Below are positions 1-9,990 of a stretch of 64,000 nucleotides of DNA, piece by piece. Both the position numbers and the translations under genes were made by a program. Position 1 is the stretch's first letter. Each line of letters starts with the position of its first letter. Source of the stretch: Alphaproteobacteria bacterium (lineage in GTDB: Bacteria > Pseudomonadota > Alphaproteobacteria > CAAHEQ01 > UBA3637); assembly GCA_017466695.1 (NCBI GenBank), contig JAFTTR010000016.1:4015-68014 (forward strand). The letters run 5' to 3'. Below the pieces are notes generated by a model. The model was not told where the DNA came from. It did not search any database and saw only the letters and a program-made list of their open reading frames with translations.

Positions 1-140
1 GTAAATCCTGTCACCTTCTTTAATCTATTTTTATAAGGGGGATAATACCCTGTTAAAAAGGGATCGTTTCGAGAGATAAGAACGCCGTCTAAACCTTCTT
101 TTTCCAAATCTTGTTGAATTTTAACTAACAAATCAGACAT
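1..140 (-). CDS. Xaa-Pro aminopeptidase-like (M24 family) N-terminal fragment; gene continues past window start
   Basis: Minus-strand ATG at 140..138; translation MSDLLVKIQQDLEKEGLDGVLISRNDPFLTGYYPPYKNRLKKVTGFT... ends in a GFTG(S) motif typical of creatinase/prolidase N-terminal domains. Only 46 codons visible. Confidence 0.45.
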   Translation of the reverse strand, partial: MSDLLVKIQQDLEKEGLDGVLISRNDPFLTGYYPPYKNRLKKVTGF

Positions 141-142
141 AT

Positions 143-1012
143 TTATCCTTTTTTAAGAACAAGTGTACTCCATCCATTAATACGGTAACGTTTAACAAAT
201 TCAAACCCAATATCCGTATGCGCTTTTAAAACCCATCTTTCTTGTCTGTTTAAAAAACCTGAAAGAATAGCTATCCCTCCTGCTGTTAAGTGGTCTTTTA
301 AATCAGATGCCATATCCATTAAAGGTCTTGCTAAAATATTGCATAAAACCAAATCATATTTTTCATGAACATCTTTATATCCATCGCTTTGCCAAACACG
401 CATTAAATTTGACAACCCATTAATTTGAGCATTTGAAGTTGCCACACGAACCGATTCAGGGTCAATGTCAACAGCGTCAACTTTCTTTTCAAATGTTTTC
501 GCATATGCCATTGACAAAATACCTGAACCACAACCCACATCAATAACTTTATTGGGCACAAATTCAAGTTCATTCAAAGCGCACAAACAACCATTTGTTG
601 TTTGATGTTCCCCAGTTCCAAAAGCTGTTGCAGCATCAATTTGAAGAGGAATCATCCCCTTAGGGGCTTGCTCTTCAACATGGGAACCATAAATATAATA
701 TTTCCCAATTGAAATAGGTTTAAAACTTTGATAACACTCCAGCAACCAATTTTTATTTTCCATAGCATTCACTTGAATTTTTGGTTTTTCAATTCCAGCC
801 AAGCAAGCAGCATTTTCAATCAAAGTACCAAGAAGAGCTTCATCAGGCTTTCCTTCAAAAATAGCTTGCAATTCCCACTTCCCTTTATGCTCACCTTTTT
901 CAATCATCACCGTTAACACTGCTGAAGCAAATTCAGCTAAAACATCTTCAAAAACAGGAACACTTTCTGCATTTAACAAAATTTTAAAATCATAATTCAA
1001 AATATCGGTCAT
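143..1012 (-). CDS. prmA: ribosomal protein L11 methyltransferase
   Basis: 289 aa; SAM-MTase motif VIDVGCGSGILSMAYAK plus conserved GTGEHQTT and NGxLxL PrmA blocks. Confidence 0.9.
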   Translation of the reverse strand: MTDILNYDFKILLNAESVPVFEDVLAEFASAVLTVMIEKGEHKGKWELQAIFEGKPDEALLGTLIENAACLAGIEKPKIQVNAMENKNWLLECYQSFKPISIGKYYIYGSHVEEQAPKGMIPLQIDAATAFGTGEHQTTNGCLCALNELEFVPNKVIDVGCGSGILSMAYAKTFEKKVDAVDIDPESVRVATSNAQINGLSNLMRVWQSDGYKDVHEKYDLVLCNILARPLMDMASDLKDHLTAGGIAILSGFLNRQERWVLKAHTDIGFEFVKRYRINGWSTLVLKKG

Positions 1013-1136
1013 TTAAATCCTTTCAGTTAGGAGAAAAATACGCCAAATTTCAAAAAAAATCAAGGGATAATAATAATAGCTTGCAAATATCTCTCTTTTG
1101 TGTTAGCTTCAAGAAAAATAAAAAGGATATTATTGT

Positions 1137-2417
1137 ATGAAAAAAGAAGATAAGCTACATCACTCACTTGAGTATGTTTTTAGAGGGGGTGTTGCAACTT
1201 CTGCAATGGATACATTGGCTGTGGGAAGTACCTTAACAGCTTACGCCTTATTACTCGGCGCTGGGAATGTTGCTATCGGTATTTTAGGTGCCATTCCCTT
1301 TATTGGTAATATGATTCACCTTTTTGCTTCTTATCTAATTGAAAAAGGAGTTTCAGCAAAAAAAATTGCCCTTGTTTCTTCATTTGCTGCCCGTCCATTT
1401 TATTTAATAGCTGCCTGTCTTTGTTTCTTTCCAACTGCCTCTTGGGCTGTTCCTGTTCTTATTGGCTCCTTACTTTGCTCCTACTTAATTGGGTCAATGT
1501 GTGGTGGTGCTTGGATGCCTTGGATGAAAGCATTGATTCCAGCCCGTTTGATGGGGAAATTTTTCTCCCATCGATTTAAATGGATGATGATTGCAAAAAT
1601 TATCTGTTTTATTTTTGCTTTTTCACTTATCAAAGTAGCCGAACCCTTTCAAAATGGGGAATTGTATTCCTATGCTTTTTTGATTTTCCTTGCCTTTTTA
1701 ATTAGTTTATATGGTGCTTATACATTCATTCATGTGGAAGATAGAAAAATTGAAACAAAAAAAGAGCTTCCCTTTCTTCAAAAGGTTATTCACACGTTCA
1801 AAAATAAACCATTTTCAAAACTCTTAACAGCTCTAAGTGTTTTGAATTTTTCGATGAATTTCATTACCCCTTTTTTAACCGTCTTTATGCTTAAAAATTT
1901 AAATGTGGATATGTCAACAATTATTGGCCTGACACTTTTACAATGGATTGTTTATACTTTTGTTGTTAAAAAATGGGGAAAGATGTCTGATAAAAAAGGA
2001 CCTGAAAAAATCTTAATTGCTTCTATTCCTATCTTTATTATTTGCACTCTTATTTTTGTTGGATTAAATATATTTTCTGTTCAAGGTATACTCTTGCTTG
2101 GCATTTTGATTTTTGTGAATACATTATTAGGCATCTCAACTGCTGCACTTGCTTTAGGCATTAATAACACAAGCCTTCTTTATATGCCAAAAGATATGTC
2201 CTCGGTTTATTTATCCGTTAATTCTGTTTTTAAATCATTTGCAGCAGCGCTGGGTTCTATCGTTGCTGGCTATGCTCTTCTTGGATTTGAAGCTTTGTCA
2301 AATATACTCTCTATATCTAATAAAGTACAATTTCAATGGAATATGTTCTATTTTACAACAATTATTCTTTGTATTTTATCAATTTATTTATTAAAACAGG
2401 TCAAAAAATGTGTCTAA
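1137..2417 (+). CDS. MFS-type transporter (substrate unknown)
   Basis: 426 aa, about 12 predicted TM helices, two-half architecture typical of major facilitator superfamily. AAGGA SD-like sequence upstream. Confidence 0.7.
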   Translation: MKKEDKLHHSLEYVFRGGVATSAMDTLAVGSTLTAYALLLGAGNVAIGILGAIPFIGNMIHLFASYLIEKGVSAKKIALVSSFAARPFYLIAACLCFFPTASWAVPVLIGSLLCSYLIGSMCGGAWMPWMKALIPARLMGKFFSHRFKWMMIAKIICFIFAFSLIKVAEPFQNGELYSYAFLIFLAFLISLYGAYTFIHVEDRKIETKKELPFLQKVIHTFKNKPFSKLLTALSVLNFSMNFITPFLTVFMLKNLNVDMSTIIGLTLLQWIVYTFVVKKWGKMSDKKGPEKILIASIPIFIICTLIFVGLNIFSVQGILLLGILIFVNTLLGISTAALALGINNTSLLYMPKDMSSVYLSVNSVFKSFAAALGSIVAGYALLGFEALSNILSISNKVQFQWNMFYFTTIILCILSIYLLKQVKKCV

Positions 2418-2436
2418 CAATTAGAAAGTAACTACT

Positions 2437-3126
2437 ATGTATAATGGAAAAAAAATTTTAGCTCTTATCACAGCTCGTGCCGGTTCAAAAGGAATTATTG
2501 ATAAAAACCTTTATCCTATTAAAGGAAAACCACTTATTAATTATTCAATTGAGGCCGCTTTAAAATCAAAATATCTTGACGCCATCTATTGCACAACAGA
2601 TGGTGAGAAAATTAAAAACACCTGCTTACAAGCTGGGATTAATGTAATTGACAGACCAAAAGAACTGGCTTCTGACACATCAAAATCCATCGATTGTGTT
2701 GTTCATGCTATCGAAGAATTGAAAAAACAAGGCAAAGAATTTGATTATATTCTTCAGCTTCAACCAACAAGCCCACTGAGACAAGCCTTTCACATTGACG
2801 GCATCATTCAAGAATGTATCGACAAAGGGTTGGATCAAATGCTTTCTGTCCATCAAGTTGAATACAACCCTATTTTAGTGCGCTTTTATAAAGAGGGAAA
2901 ATTAACAAATATTTTAAATCAACAATCCACTGTTCGCAGACAAGATATGCCCAAAGCCGTTTATGTGAACGGAATGCTTTATTTAAGCAAAACAGAACTG
3001 CTCTCTTTAGAAACAAGTTTAAACGATATTCCAAACGGATTTGAGGTTGACCCCCATTTCGCACTCGATATTAATGATATGCATGATATTGAATTAGCCG
3101 AAATAATGCTCAAAGAAATGGATTAA
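2437..3126 (+). CDS. neuA: N-acylneuraminate cytidylyltransferase (CMP-sialic/nonulosonic acid synthetase)
   Basis: 229 aa. N-terminal ILALITARAGSKGIIDKN and QLQPTSPLR blocks match the NeuA/CMP-NeuAc synthetase family (E. coli K1 NeuA IIAIIPARSGSKGLRNKN ... LQPTSPFR). Short form without the esterase domain. Confidence 0.8.
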   Translation: MYNGKKILALITARAGSKGIIDKNLYPIKGKPLINYSIEAALKSKYLDAIYCTTDGEKIKNTCLQAGINVIDRPKELASDTSKSIDCVVHAIEELKKQGKEFDYILQLQPTSPLRQAFHIDGIIQECIDKGLDQMLSVHQVEYNPILVRFYKEGKLTNILNQQSTVRRQDMPKAVYVNGMLYLSKTELLSLETSLNDIPNGFEVDPHFALDINDMHDIELAEIMLKEMD

Positions 3127-3186
3127 ATCTTTACATTTTTAAATTTTTATATTTTAATAATTTTGTTTAAACTGAAAGGACAAACA

Positions 3187-3732
3187 ATGAAAAAATGGCT
3201 ACTTTCACTTATAGCAGGATTATTTATTACATCAAGCGTAGGAGCTCAAACAATGGATAAAGAAAATACACTTTACTTAGATACTGAAAATGGGCGTGTA
3301 ACAATCGAATTATACCCAGATGTTGCACCAAATCACGTTGCCAGAATCAAAGAATTAACACGTGAAGGATTTTATAATGGCGTTAAATTCCATCGTGTTA
3401 TTCCTGGATTTATGGCTCAAACAGGGGACCCAACCGGCACAGGTATGGGTGGTTCAGGCAAAAAGTTAAAGGCTGAATTCAACTCTAAACACCATGGACG
3501 TGGCACTGTTTCAATGGCACGAGCAATGGATCCAAACAGCGCAGATAGTCAATTTTTCATCTGCTTTGATGATGCTGGATTCTTAGATGGGCAATACACT
3601 GTTTTTGGTCAAGTAACATCCGGCATGGAATTTGTCGATATGATCAAAGCTGGTACGTCAGCAAATAATGGCAAGGTTTCAAATCCTGATATTATTGTTA
3701 AAATGCAAGTTGCAGCAGATGCTGACAAATAA
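3187..3732 (+). CDS. peptidyl-prolyl cis-trans isomerase, cyclophilin type, secreted
   Basis: Start moved to MKKWLL (SD AAAGGA 7 nt upstream). Signal peptide. Cyclophilin core HRVIPGFMAQTGDPTGTGMGGSG. Confidence 0.9.
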   Translation: MKKWLLSLIAGLFITSSVGAQTMDKENTLYLDTENGRVTIELYPDVAPNHVARIKELTREGFYNGVKFHRVIPGFMAQTGDPTGTGMGGSGKKLKAEFNSKHHGRGTVSMARAMDPNSADSQFFICFDDAGFLDGQYTVFGQVTSGMEFVDMIKAGTSANNGKVSNPDIIVKMQVAADADK

Positions 3733-3746
3733 ATTTTAACCTCTTA

Positions 3747-3778
3747 TAAAAAGCGCCGATATTCTCGGCGCTTTTTTA
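3747..3778. terminator. bidirectional rho-independent terminator between convergent ppi gene and GT gene
   Basis: 8-bp GC-rich stem agcgccga / tcggcgct, 5-nt loop, A-run 5' and T-run 3'. Confidence 0.7.
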
Positions 3779-5410
3779 TAAAAGAAATTGAATAAAATAA
3801 GGTACAAGGAAATAAGATACTTTTTCTAACATATAAGAATAATCTCCTTTTTTATCTTTAAGATAATCTAAACAATTTCCCTTTTCCCAACAAATTGTCA
3901 ATCTCAAATCTGATTTATTCTTTATAACCCCACACTTATTGTTTAAATCACAAATATATTTTCCATCAAAAATAAGTTTAATCTTTTCATTTAGATCATT
4001 ACGAATTGTCAAACGATTGATTGGTTTAGCTACATAGATATTTTTTTCTTTTTCATAAATAACTTTTGTCTCTTTTGAGAAATAACTTTTCTTGTTAGGA
4101 TACAACACAACCTTTTTTCCAAATAAAAATAAAGTAAAAGAATCATTGTTTAAAATTGAAAAAAACATTCCATTGTGATATGTTAAATAATCAATTTTAG
4201 AACCCATCAAAATTTTTTCATCATAATACGCTACAGCTGTAAAATAGCTATCTAAATCAATTTTCTTCGTTTTTTCAATTTTTTTAAATGTGTCTAATCC
4301 TTTCTCATATCCTCTATGAATAAAATAACTTTCTATTTTTTCATTTTTGAGATTGTAAAACAAAGAAGACGCCATTCCTGAAAATTTTTCAGCCTCTAAA
4401 CCTGCTATAATAAAAATTTCATAGGGGATTTTTGCATTAACTATTACAACTTTAGGAAAATTCTTTTTAAAAATTTGATTTCTGTTATAAGAACCATACG
4501 AGGGATGAGGTTTAAAAAGAAAAAGATAATCAGGGTACTTTTTAATCAAATCATTAAAATAAGAAATTTCTGCATTATACCTTTTGAACTTATTACCATG
4601 ATGTCCCCCAAAGAACATAAAAATATCATTTTTTTGAAATAATTTTTGATAGTATTCAAAATTAAATCCAACAAATTGATATAATAATTTTTTTTGTTCC
4701 ACTGTTAACTTATCCTTTAACTGATAAAAATCAATCTGTTCAAAATGAGCATCTTTCATTTCTTTAAAAAAATGATGAAATTCGAGCTTGTTTTTTGCCT
4801 CATTTATACCAAACATATGATATGTGGCAGGATAAAATTTGTGAAACGAATATTTCATCTCATCTATATTATTAAGATTAAAATTAGATTCTTTTAAACA
4901 TATCAATGATTGAAAATATGTTGATTCAGTAAATAATCCCCCTAATCCATCTTCATACAAATGAATATGTTTAATTCGTTCACGAGGGAACATTTTTAAG
5001 AAATATCCGGTGAATAATTTATAACTATTTATGTTTGTATATAAAATAATCGGTGAATTTGGATTTTTTGATGCAATATCAAAAGCCATTTCCATAAATT
5101 TTTTTGCATTTTTTTCAGATTCTTCTTCTGCTAACAAAGGAATTTCTATTATATTATATTCTTTTAAATCAACTTTTTCTTTTCGATTTAAAAAACGGTG
5201 CCATCCAATTACTTTTAGTTCATCTTTTGGAAGTTGAACCAAATCAATCATGCCCAAAAACGCAGGTTGTGTCGCATATGTTTCAAAAAAAATGTGTATA
5301 GGCTTATCCTTATATTGCTCATTATCCACTTGGGAACTCATTGCAACTCTTGGTACAAAAAAGAGACAAAAAAACAAAATTACAATTTCAATTTTTCTTA
5401 ACAAAATCAA
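3776..5410 (-). CDS. putative sialyltransferase (GT80/GT52-like motifs) with C-terminal extension
   Basis: 544 aa, N-terminal signal/anchor. Ordered motifs LYEDG (about res 150), KPHPSYG (about res 303) and GMASSL (about res 347) mirror the D/E-D/E-G, HP and SS motifs and the spacing of PmST1-type bacterial sialyltransferases. Convergent neighbour of neuA. Confidence 0.5.
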   Translation of the reverse strand: MILLRKIEIVILFFCLFFVPRVAMSSQVDNEQYKDKPIHIFFETYATQPAFLGMIDLVQLPKDELKVIGWHRFLNRKEKVDLKEYNIIEIPLLAEEESEKNAKKFMEMAFDIASKNPNSPIILYTNINSYKLFTGYFLKMFPRERIKHIHLYEDGLGGLFTESTYFQSLICLKESNFNLNNIDEMKYSFHKFYPATYHMFGINEAKNKLEFHHFFKEMKDAHFEQIDFYQLKDKLTVEQKKLLYQFVGFNFEYYQKLFQKNDIFMFFGGHHGNKFKRYNAEISYFNDLIKKYPDYLFLFKPHPSYGSYNRNQIFKKNFPKVVIVNAKIPYEIFIIAGLEAEKFSGMASSLFYNLKNEKIESYFIHRGYEKGLDTFKKIEKTKKIDLDSYFTAVAYYDEKILMGSKIDYLTYHNGMFFSILNNDSFTLFLFGKKVVLYPNKKSYFSKETKVIYEKEKNIYVAKPINRLTIRNDLNEKIKLIFDGKYICDLNNKCGVIKNKSDLRLTICWEKGNCLDYLKDKKGDYSYMLEKVSYFLVPYFIQFLL

Positions 5411-5444
5411 TGTATTACACCTATATTTTTCAAAACATCATCCT

Positions 5445-5580
5445 GTAAAAAAAACGGTCCTTTATTTTTCCTATTTTTTTAACAAAATCAAAAATAAAAA
5501 ATCATACAATTCATATAGTTATATTTTTTATTCTATCATTTATTTATGTAAAAAAAACGGTCGTTTTTTTCCTATTTATA
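5445..5580. repeat. pair of imperfect ~35-nt direct repeats in AT-rich intergenic region
   Basis: gtaaaaaaaacggtcctttatttttcctattttttt (5445..5480) vs gtaaaaaaaacggtcgtttttttcctatttata (5548..5580). Confidence 0.6.
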
Positions 5581-5589
5581 TTTTTTATA

Positions 5590-5622
5590 TAAAAAAAAGA
5601 GTGGAAAATCCACTCTTTTTTC
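5590..5622. terminator. rho-independent terminator downstream of gyrA (bidirectional)
   Basis: Perfect 8-bp stem agagtgga/tccactct, loop aaa, flanked by A8 and T6 runs, 15 nt past the gyrA stop. Confidence 0.8.
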
Positions 5623-5636
5623 ATCATCTATGCCTA

Positions 5637-8426
5637 TCACTCATCAGATAAGGATTCCTCTATTGATGATACAGGTTCTTCAACAACAGAATTTTCAATT
5701 GGATTTTGAGTTTCCAATTCATTCTCTTCGGAAACTTCTTCATCCACATCTGTGATACATGTTGCTGAAACAACTTTTTCTTCTTTATCAAGTCTAAAGA
5801 GAATTACACCCATTGTACTACGTCCTGCAATCTTAATATCACTGACACGCATACGAATGAGTTTTCCTCCATCCGTTACCATCATCAAGTGGGCATCATC
5901 TGGGACGGGCATTGTTGCGACAACGTCTGCTTTTCTGCGTTCATCCATCTTGATATTGGTTACACCTGATGTCCCACGAGCTGTAATGCGATATTCATAA
6001 GCACTGGTGCGTTTACCGAAACCTTTATCTGTGATTGTTAAGATAAATTCTTCATCTTGTGCCATTTTTTCAAATTCTTCGACTGATAAAGTTGCATTTG
6101 TTGGTGTTTCAATTTCAGGTGTTTCACCCTCTTCTACCTCACCCAATGCACGGCGACGAGCCGCAGCCTCTTTTAAATAAGCATCCCGTTTTTCAATATC
6201 AGCTTTTGCATGTTTAACAATTGACATTGAAATGACACTTTCACCTTCTGGCAATTTCATCCCACGTACACCAGTTGAAGCACGAGATTCAAAAATACGC
6301 ACATCTGAAACAGGGAAGCGAACACACTTACCACCTGCTGCTGCAAGCAATACGTCATCTGTATCATTACAAATTTGAACACCGATAAGTTTATCGCCTT
6401 CATCCAACTTCATAGCAATTTTACCATTTGATTGGACATTATAGAAATCTGTTAATCTGTTACGACGAACGCCACCAGAAGCCGTTGCAAACATCACTGT
6501 TTGATCACCACATTCTTCTTGTTTTTCAGGCAAGGTCAAAATTGTTGAAATTGTTTCCCCTTGTTGTAATGGCAAGAGGTTAATCAATGCCTTACCCAAA
6601 GATTGAGGGGACCCTTCTGGCAAGCGATATGTTTTAATTTTATAAACAATCCCTCTGCTTGAGAAGAAGAGAAGTGGGCTATGTGTACAAGCAACAAAGA
6701 GTTGAGAGACTTGATCTTCATCTCTTGTTGACATACCAGAACGCCCTTTTCCCCCTCTATTTTGAGCACGATATGTTGAAAGAGGAACACGCTTAATGTA
6801 ACCATTATTTGAAACAGTAACAACCATTGTTTCTCTTGGAATTAAATCTTCCATATCTTGTTCAAATTCAGCATTTTCAATCGTCGTTAAACGTTCACTT
6901 GAAACTTGAGCTTTCACAATCTCTAATTCTTCTTTGATGATTGCATAAATTTTTTCACGAGAAGCAAGTGTTGATAAATACCCTTTAATCAAAGCAGCTA
7001 ATTCACCAACTTCGCCATGAATTTTGTCTCTTTCCAAACCGGTCAAACGGTTTAACTTCAAATCCAAAATTGCTTTAGCTTGTGCTTCTGAAAGCATATA
7101 GTGGCCATCAACAACCTTGCGATCAGGTTCATCAATTAATTGAATGAGCGTTTCGACATCAGCAGCATCCCATTTTGTATCCATCAAACGCTGTTTAGCA
7201 ACTTGTGGATCTGGAGCACTCTTAATCATCTCAATAACAGCATCTAAGTTTGCAACAGCGATTGCTAAACCAACCAAAACGTGTGCTCTATCACGTGCTT
7301 TATTGAGTTCATAAACCGTACGGCGACGGACCACTTCTTCTCTAAAAGCAATAAATGCTTCTAAAATTTGTTTTAAATTCATCAACTCTGGACGGCCATT
7401 GTTGAGCGCCAACATATTCATGCTAAAACTTGTTTGCAATGAAGTATATTTAAACAATTGATTTAAAACAACATCTGGGTGAGCATCTTTTTTAAGTTCA
7501 ATAACAACACGAACACCTTGACGATCTGACTCATCTCTTAAATCAGAAATACCTTCAATGACTTTATCTTTAACAAGCTGAGCAATACGGATAATCATTT
7601 CAGCTTTATTAACTTGATATGGTACTTCTGTTACAACAATTGCCATACGGTCTTTTTTAATTTCCTCAATTGTTGTTCGTCCACGCATAATCACAGAACC
7701 ACGCCCCGTTTGATAAGCAGAACGAGCCCCACCTCGACCTAAAATCAAAGCCCCTGTTGGGAAATCTGGCCCTGGAACGTAATCCATCAATTCCTCAATT
7801 GTAATTTCTGGATTTTCAATCATTGCGATACAAGCAGAAATGACTTCTCCTGGGTTATGAGGTGGAATATTTGTAGCCATACCAACGGCAATACCACCAG
7901 ATCCATTCACCAACAAGTTTGGAAAGCGAGCTGGCAAAACTTCAGGTTCTTGACAGGTTTCATCATAGTTAGGTCTAAAATCAACTGTGTCTCTATCAAT
8001 ATCTTCTAACAAACAATGTGCTGTTTGAGCAAGTCTTGCTTCTGTATAACGCATTGCAGCAGCTTTATCCCCATCCATGGAACCAAAGTTCCCTTGTGAA
8101 CCAACAAGTGGAACACGCATAGAGAATGTTTGCGCCATACGAACCATTGCTTCATAAATCGAACTATCCCCATGAGGGTGATATTTACCCATAACGTCAC
8201 CAACGATACGGGCAGATTTTCGAAATGGCTTATTATAATCGTATCCATTTTCATGCATTGAAAACAAAATGCGACGATGAACAGGTTTTAACCCATCACG
8301 AACATCAGGTAATGCACGAGAAACAATAACACTCATTGCATAATCTAAATAAGATTTGCGCATTTCCTCTTCAATGGGTGCAGCAACCGTATCAACGGCA
8401 GTTGAACTTATTGATATATCAGTCAT
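5637..8426 (-). CDS. gyrA: DNA gyrase subunit A
   Basis: 929 aa; N-terminal [26 protein letters not shown], active-site region [11 protein letters not shown]-terminal beta-pinwheel with an inserted acidic segment and acidic tail. Confidence 0.97.
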   Translation of the reverse strand: MTDISISSTAVDTVAAPIEEEMRKSYLDYAMSVIVSRALPDVRDGLKPVHRRILFSMHENGYDYNKPFRKSARIVGDVMGKYHPHGDSSIYEAMVRMAQTFSMRVPLVGSQGNFGSMDGDKAAAMRYTEARLAQTAHCLLEDIDRDTVDFRPNYDETCQEPEVLPARFPNLLVNGSGGIAVGMATNIPPHNPGEVISACIAMIENPEITIEELMDYVPGPDFPTGALILGRGGARSAYQTGRGSVIMRGRTTIEEIKKDRMAIVVTEVPYQVNKAEMIIRIAQLVKDKVIEGISDLRDESDRQGVRVVIELKKDAHPDVVLNQLFKYTSLQTSFSMNMLALNNGRPELMNLKQILEAFIAFREEVVRRRTVYELNKARDRAHVLVGLAIAVANLDAVIEMIKSAPDPQVAKQRLMDTKWDAADVETLIQLIDEPDRKVVDGHYMLSEAQAKAILDLKLNRLTGLERDKIHGEVGELAALIKGYLSTLASREKIYAIIKEELEIVKAQVSSERLTTIENAEFEQDMEDLIPRETMVVTVSNNGYIKRVPLSTYRAQNRGGKGRSGMSTRDEDQVSQLFVACTHSPLLFFSSRGIVYKIKTYRLPEGSPQSLGKALINLLPLQQGETISTILTLPEKQEECGDQTVMFATASGGVRRNRLTDFYNVQSNGKIAMKLDEGDKLIGVQICNDTDDVLLAAAGGKCVRFPVSDVRIFESRASTGVRGMKLPEGESVISMSIVKHAKADIEKRDAYLKEAAARRRALGEVEEGETPEIETPTNATLSVEEFEKMAQDEEFILTITDKGFGKRTSAYEYRITARGTSGVTNIKMDERRKADVVATMPVPDDAHLMMVTDGGKLIRMRVSDIKIAGRSTMGVILFRLDKEEKVVSATCITDVDEEVSEENELETQNPIENSVVEEPVSSIEESLSDE

Positions 8427-8463
8427 TTTTTCTACTTTCGTATGATTATTTTTTTATAAACAA

Positions 8464-8925
8464 TTAAAATGGAATCTCGTCATCAAATGAATCAGTGCCA
8501 CCGGAAAGAGACGTTGCATCCCATCCAGAAGAGGAAGACCCTGCATCAGATGATAATGAAGATGAAGAACCATCAGACCGTCCATCCAACACAACAAGTT
8601 CACCTCTAAATGCGCCCAAAACAACTTCTGTTGTGTATCTATCTTGGCCACTTTGATCTGTGAATTTGCGTGTTTGCAAAGCACCTTCAACATAAACTTT
8701 TGAACCTTTTTTCAAAAAGCGTTCTGAAAAATCTGCTAAATTAGCATTAAAAATAACAACTCTGTGCCACTCTGTTCTTTCTTGTCTTTCACCAGATTTA
8801 TCCTTCCACGTTTCACTTGTTGCAACAGATAAATGTGCAATTTTTTGACCTGTTGCTGTGTGTCTAATTTCTGGATCACGTCCAAGATTTCCAACCAATG
8901 TGACTTTGTTAATGCTACCAGCCAT
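8464..8925 (-). CDS. ssb: single-stranded DNA-binding protein
   Basis: 153 aa; OB-fold N-terminus [21 protein letters not shown], Gly/Ser-rich linker, C-terminal DDEIPF tail. 37 nt upstream of gyrA on the same strand. Confidence 0.95.
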   Translation of the reverse strand: MAGSINKVTLVGNLGRDPEIRHTATGQKIAHLSVATSETWKDKSGERQERTEWHRVVIFNANLADFSERFLKKGSKVYVEGALQTRKFTDQSGQDRYTTEVVLGAFRGELVVLDGRSDGSSSSLSSDAGSSSSGWDATSLSGGTDSFDDEIPF

Positions 8926-9072
8926 CTTAAATTTCCTTTCTTTCTAACATTTAAAAATCTCGTATTTCAATTTGCAAAAACGATCATAATTACTTTAACT
9001 TTTTTTTCAAAAAAAGAAAAGCATTTTTTCACTTTATTTCAAAAAAAATCGCTCTTTTATTGGCTTTTTTCA

Positions 9073-9990
9073 CTATCTTAAAGGCAAATAACTCAAATCT
9101 GTTGCCAAAACTTTTTTTGCAATCTCCTGTCCTTTTAAAACAGCAGCTTTTAGATCCTTATTTTTCACCCATTCATACAAAAATCCAGCAGCAAAAGCAT
9201 CCCCTGCCCCATTTGTATTGATAATTTTTCGAGCTGATGCAGTTTTAAAAAACAATTTTTCGTTTTTTGTTAAAATTTCAACACCTTTTTTACCACATGT
9301 TTTGACACAAATTGTATTTTGAAGCATTTTTTGATTAATATTTAACACTTCAAACTCATATTCATTCCCAAATAAAATATTTATTTTAGGTAACAAATCC
9401 AAAATAACCTTTTTTTTGTTTTCAACACAATGAACATCCGACAAGGTAAAACAAACATGAACACCAAATCGACAAGCCCTTTCAATTGCTTCAACAATCA
9501 AGTCTTCTCTGCGATTAAGCATATACCCTTCAGTTAAAATATATTTTGTTTCTTTTAAATATTCATCTTTAATTTCATCCGTTGTTAACAAATTAGCTGC
9601 ACAAGCATGAGCACATTGCGTTCTATCCTTATCCTCATGCACCATAACAACACTACACCCTGTTCGATCTTTATCTGTTTGAATCAAATACGAATGAACA
9701 TTATAATCTATTAAGCTCTTTTGAAAAAACTGCCCTTCTTCATCTACACCACATTTACCAACAAACCCTGTTTTAGAACCCAAAAGTCCCATATTTCGAA
9801 CCGTATTGGCAGCAGAACCCCCTGCATAATATGCCTGATGAGGTTTATTTCTTAAATATGTGTGCTCTTGATGTGTTGCAACAAAAAACAACCCCTTCAC
9901 TGGTAAAATTTTTTGCATCACCTCATCTTGCTCATCAAAAGAGATAATCTTATCGACAATTGCATCGCCTATTGCAAGAACATCTAACAT
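9073..9990 (-). CDS. PfkB-family carbohydrate/nucleoside kinase (adenosine-kinase-like)
   Basis: 305 aa; N-terminal DVLAIGDAIVD and C-terminal NTNGAGDAFAAGFLYEW ribokinase/PfkB signature. Confidence 0.8.
   Translation of the reverse strand: MLDVLAIGDAIVDKIISFDEQDEVMQKILPVKGLFFVATHQEHTYLRNKPHQAYYAGGSAANTVRNMGLLGSKTGFVGKCGVDEEGQFFQKSLIDYNVHSYLIQTDKDRTGCSVVMVHEDKDRTQCAHACAANLLTTDEIKDEYLKETKYILTEGYMLNRREDLIVEAIERACRFGVHVCFTLSDVHCVENKKKVILDLLPKINILFGNEYEFEVLNINQKMLQNTICVKTCGKKGVEILTKNEKLFFKTASARKIINTNGAGDAFAAGFLYEWVKNKDLKAAVLKGQEIAKKVLATDLSYLPLR

Noticed and set aside
728-916. Short antisense ORFs nested inside well-supported genes (examples: 728..916, 2870..3064, 5031..5651, 6584..6823, 8006..8254, 12445..13197, 17716..18045, 22520..22970, 36743..37090, 47011..47292, 60032..60214).
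   Set aside because: All lie opposite or out of frame within genes that have strong family signatures. Their translations are low-complexity with no motifs. Treated as spurious.
5411-5636. Possible CRISPR-like or IS-terminal repeats in the AT-rich spacer.
   Set aside because: Only two imperfect copies, no regular spacer/repeat periodicity, no cas or transposase genes. Recorded as simple direct repeats.
8426-8464. ssb-gyrA as a noteworthy operon fusion.
   Set aside because: Same-strand adjacency with a 37-nt gap is compatible with co-transcription but has no unusual sequence features. Not reported as a finding.
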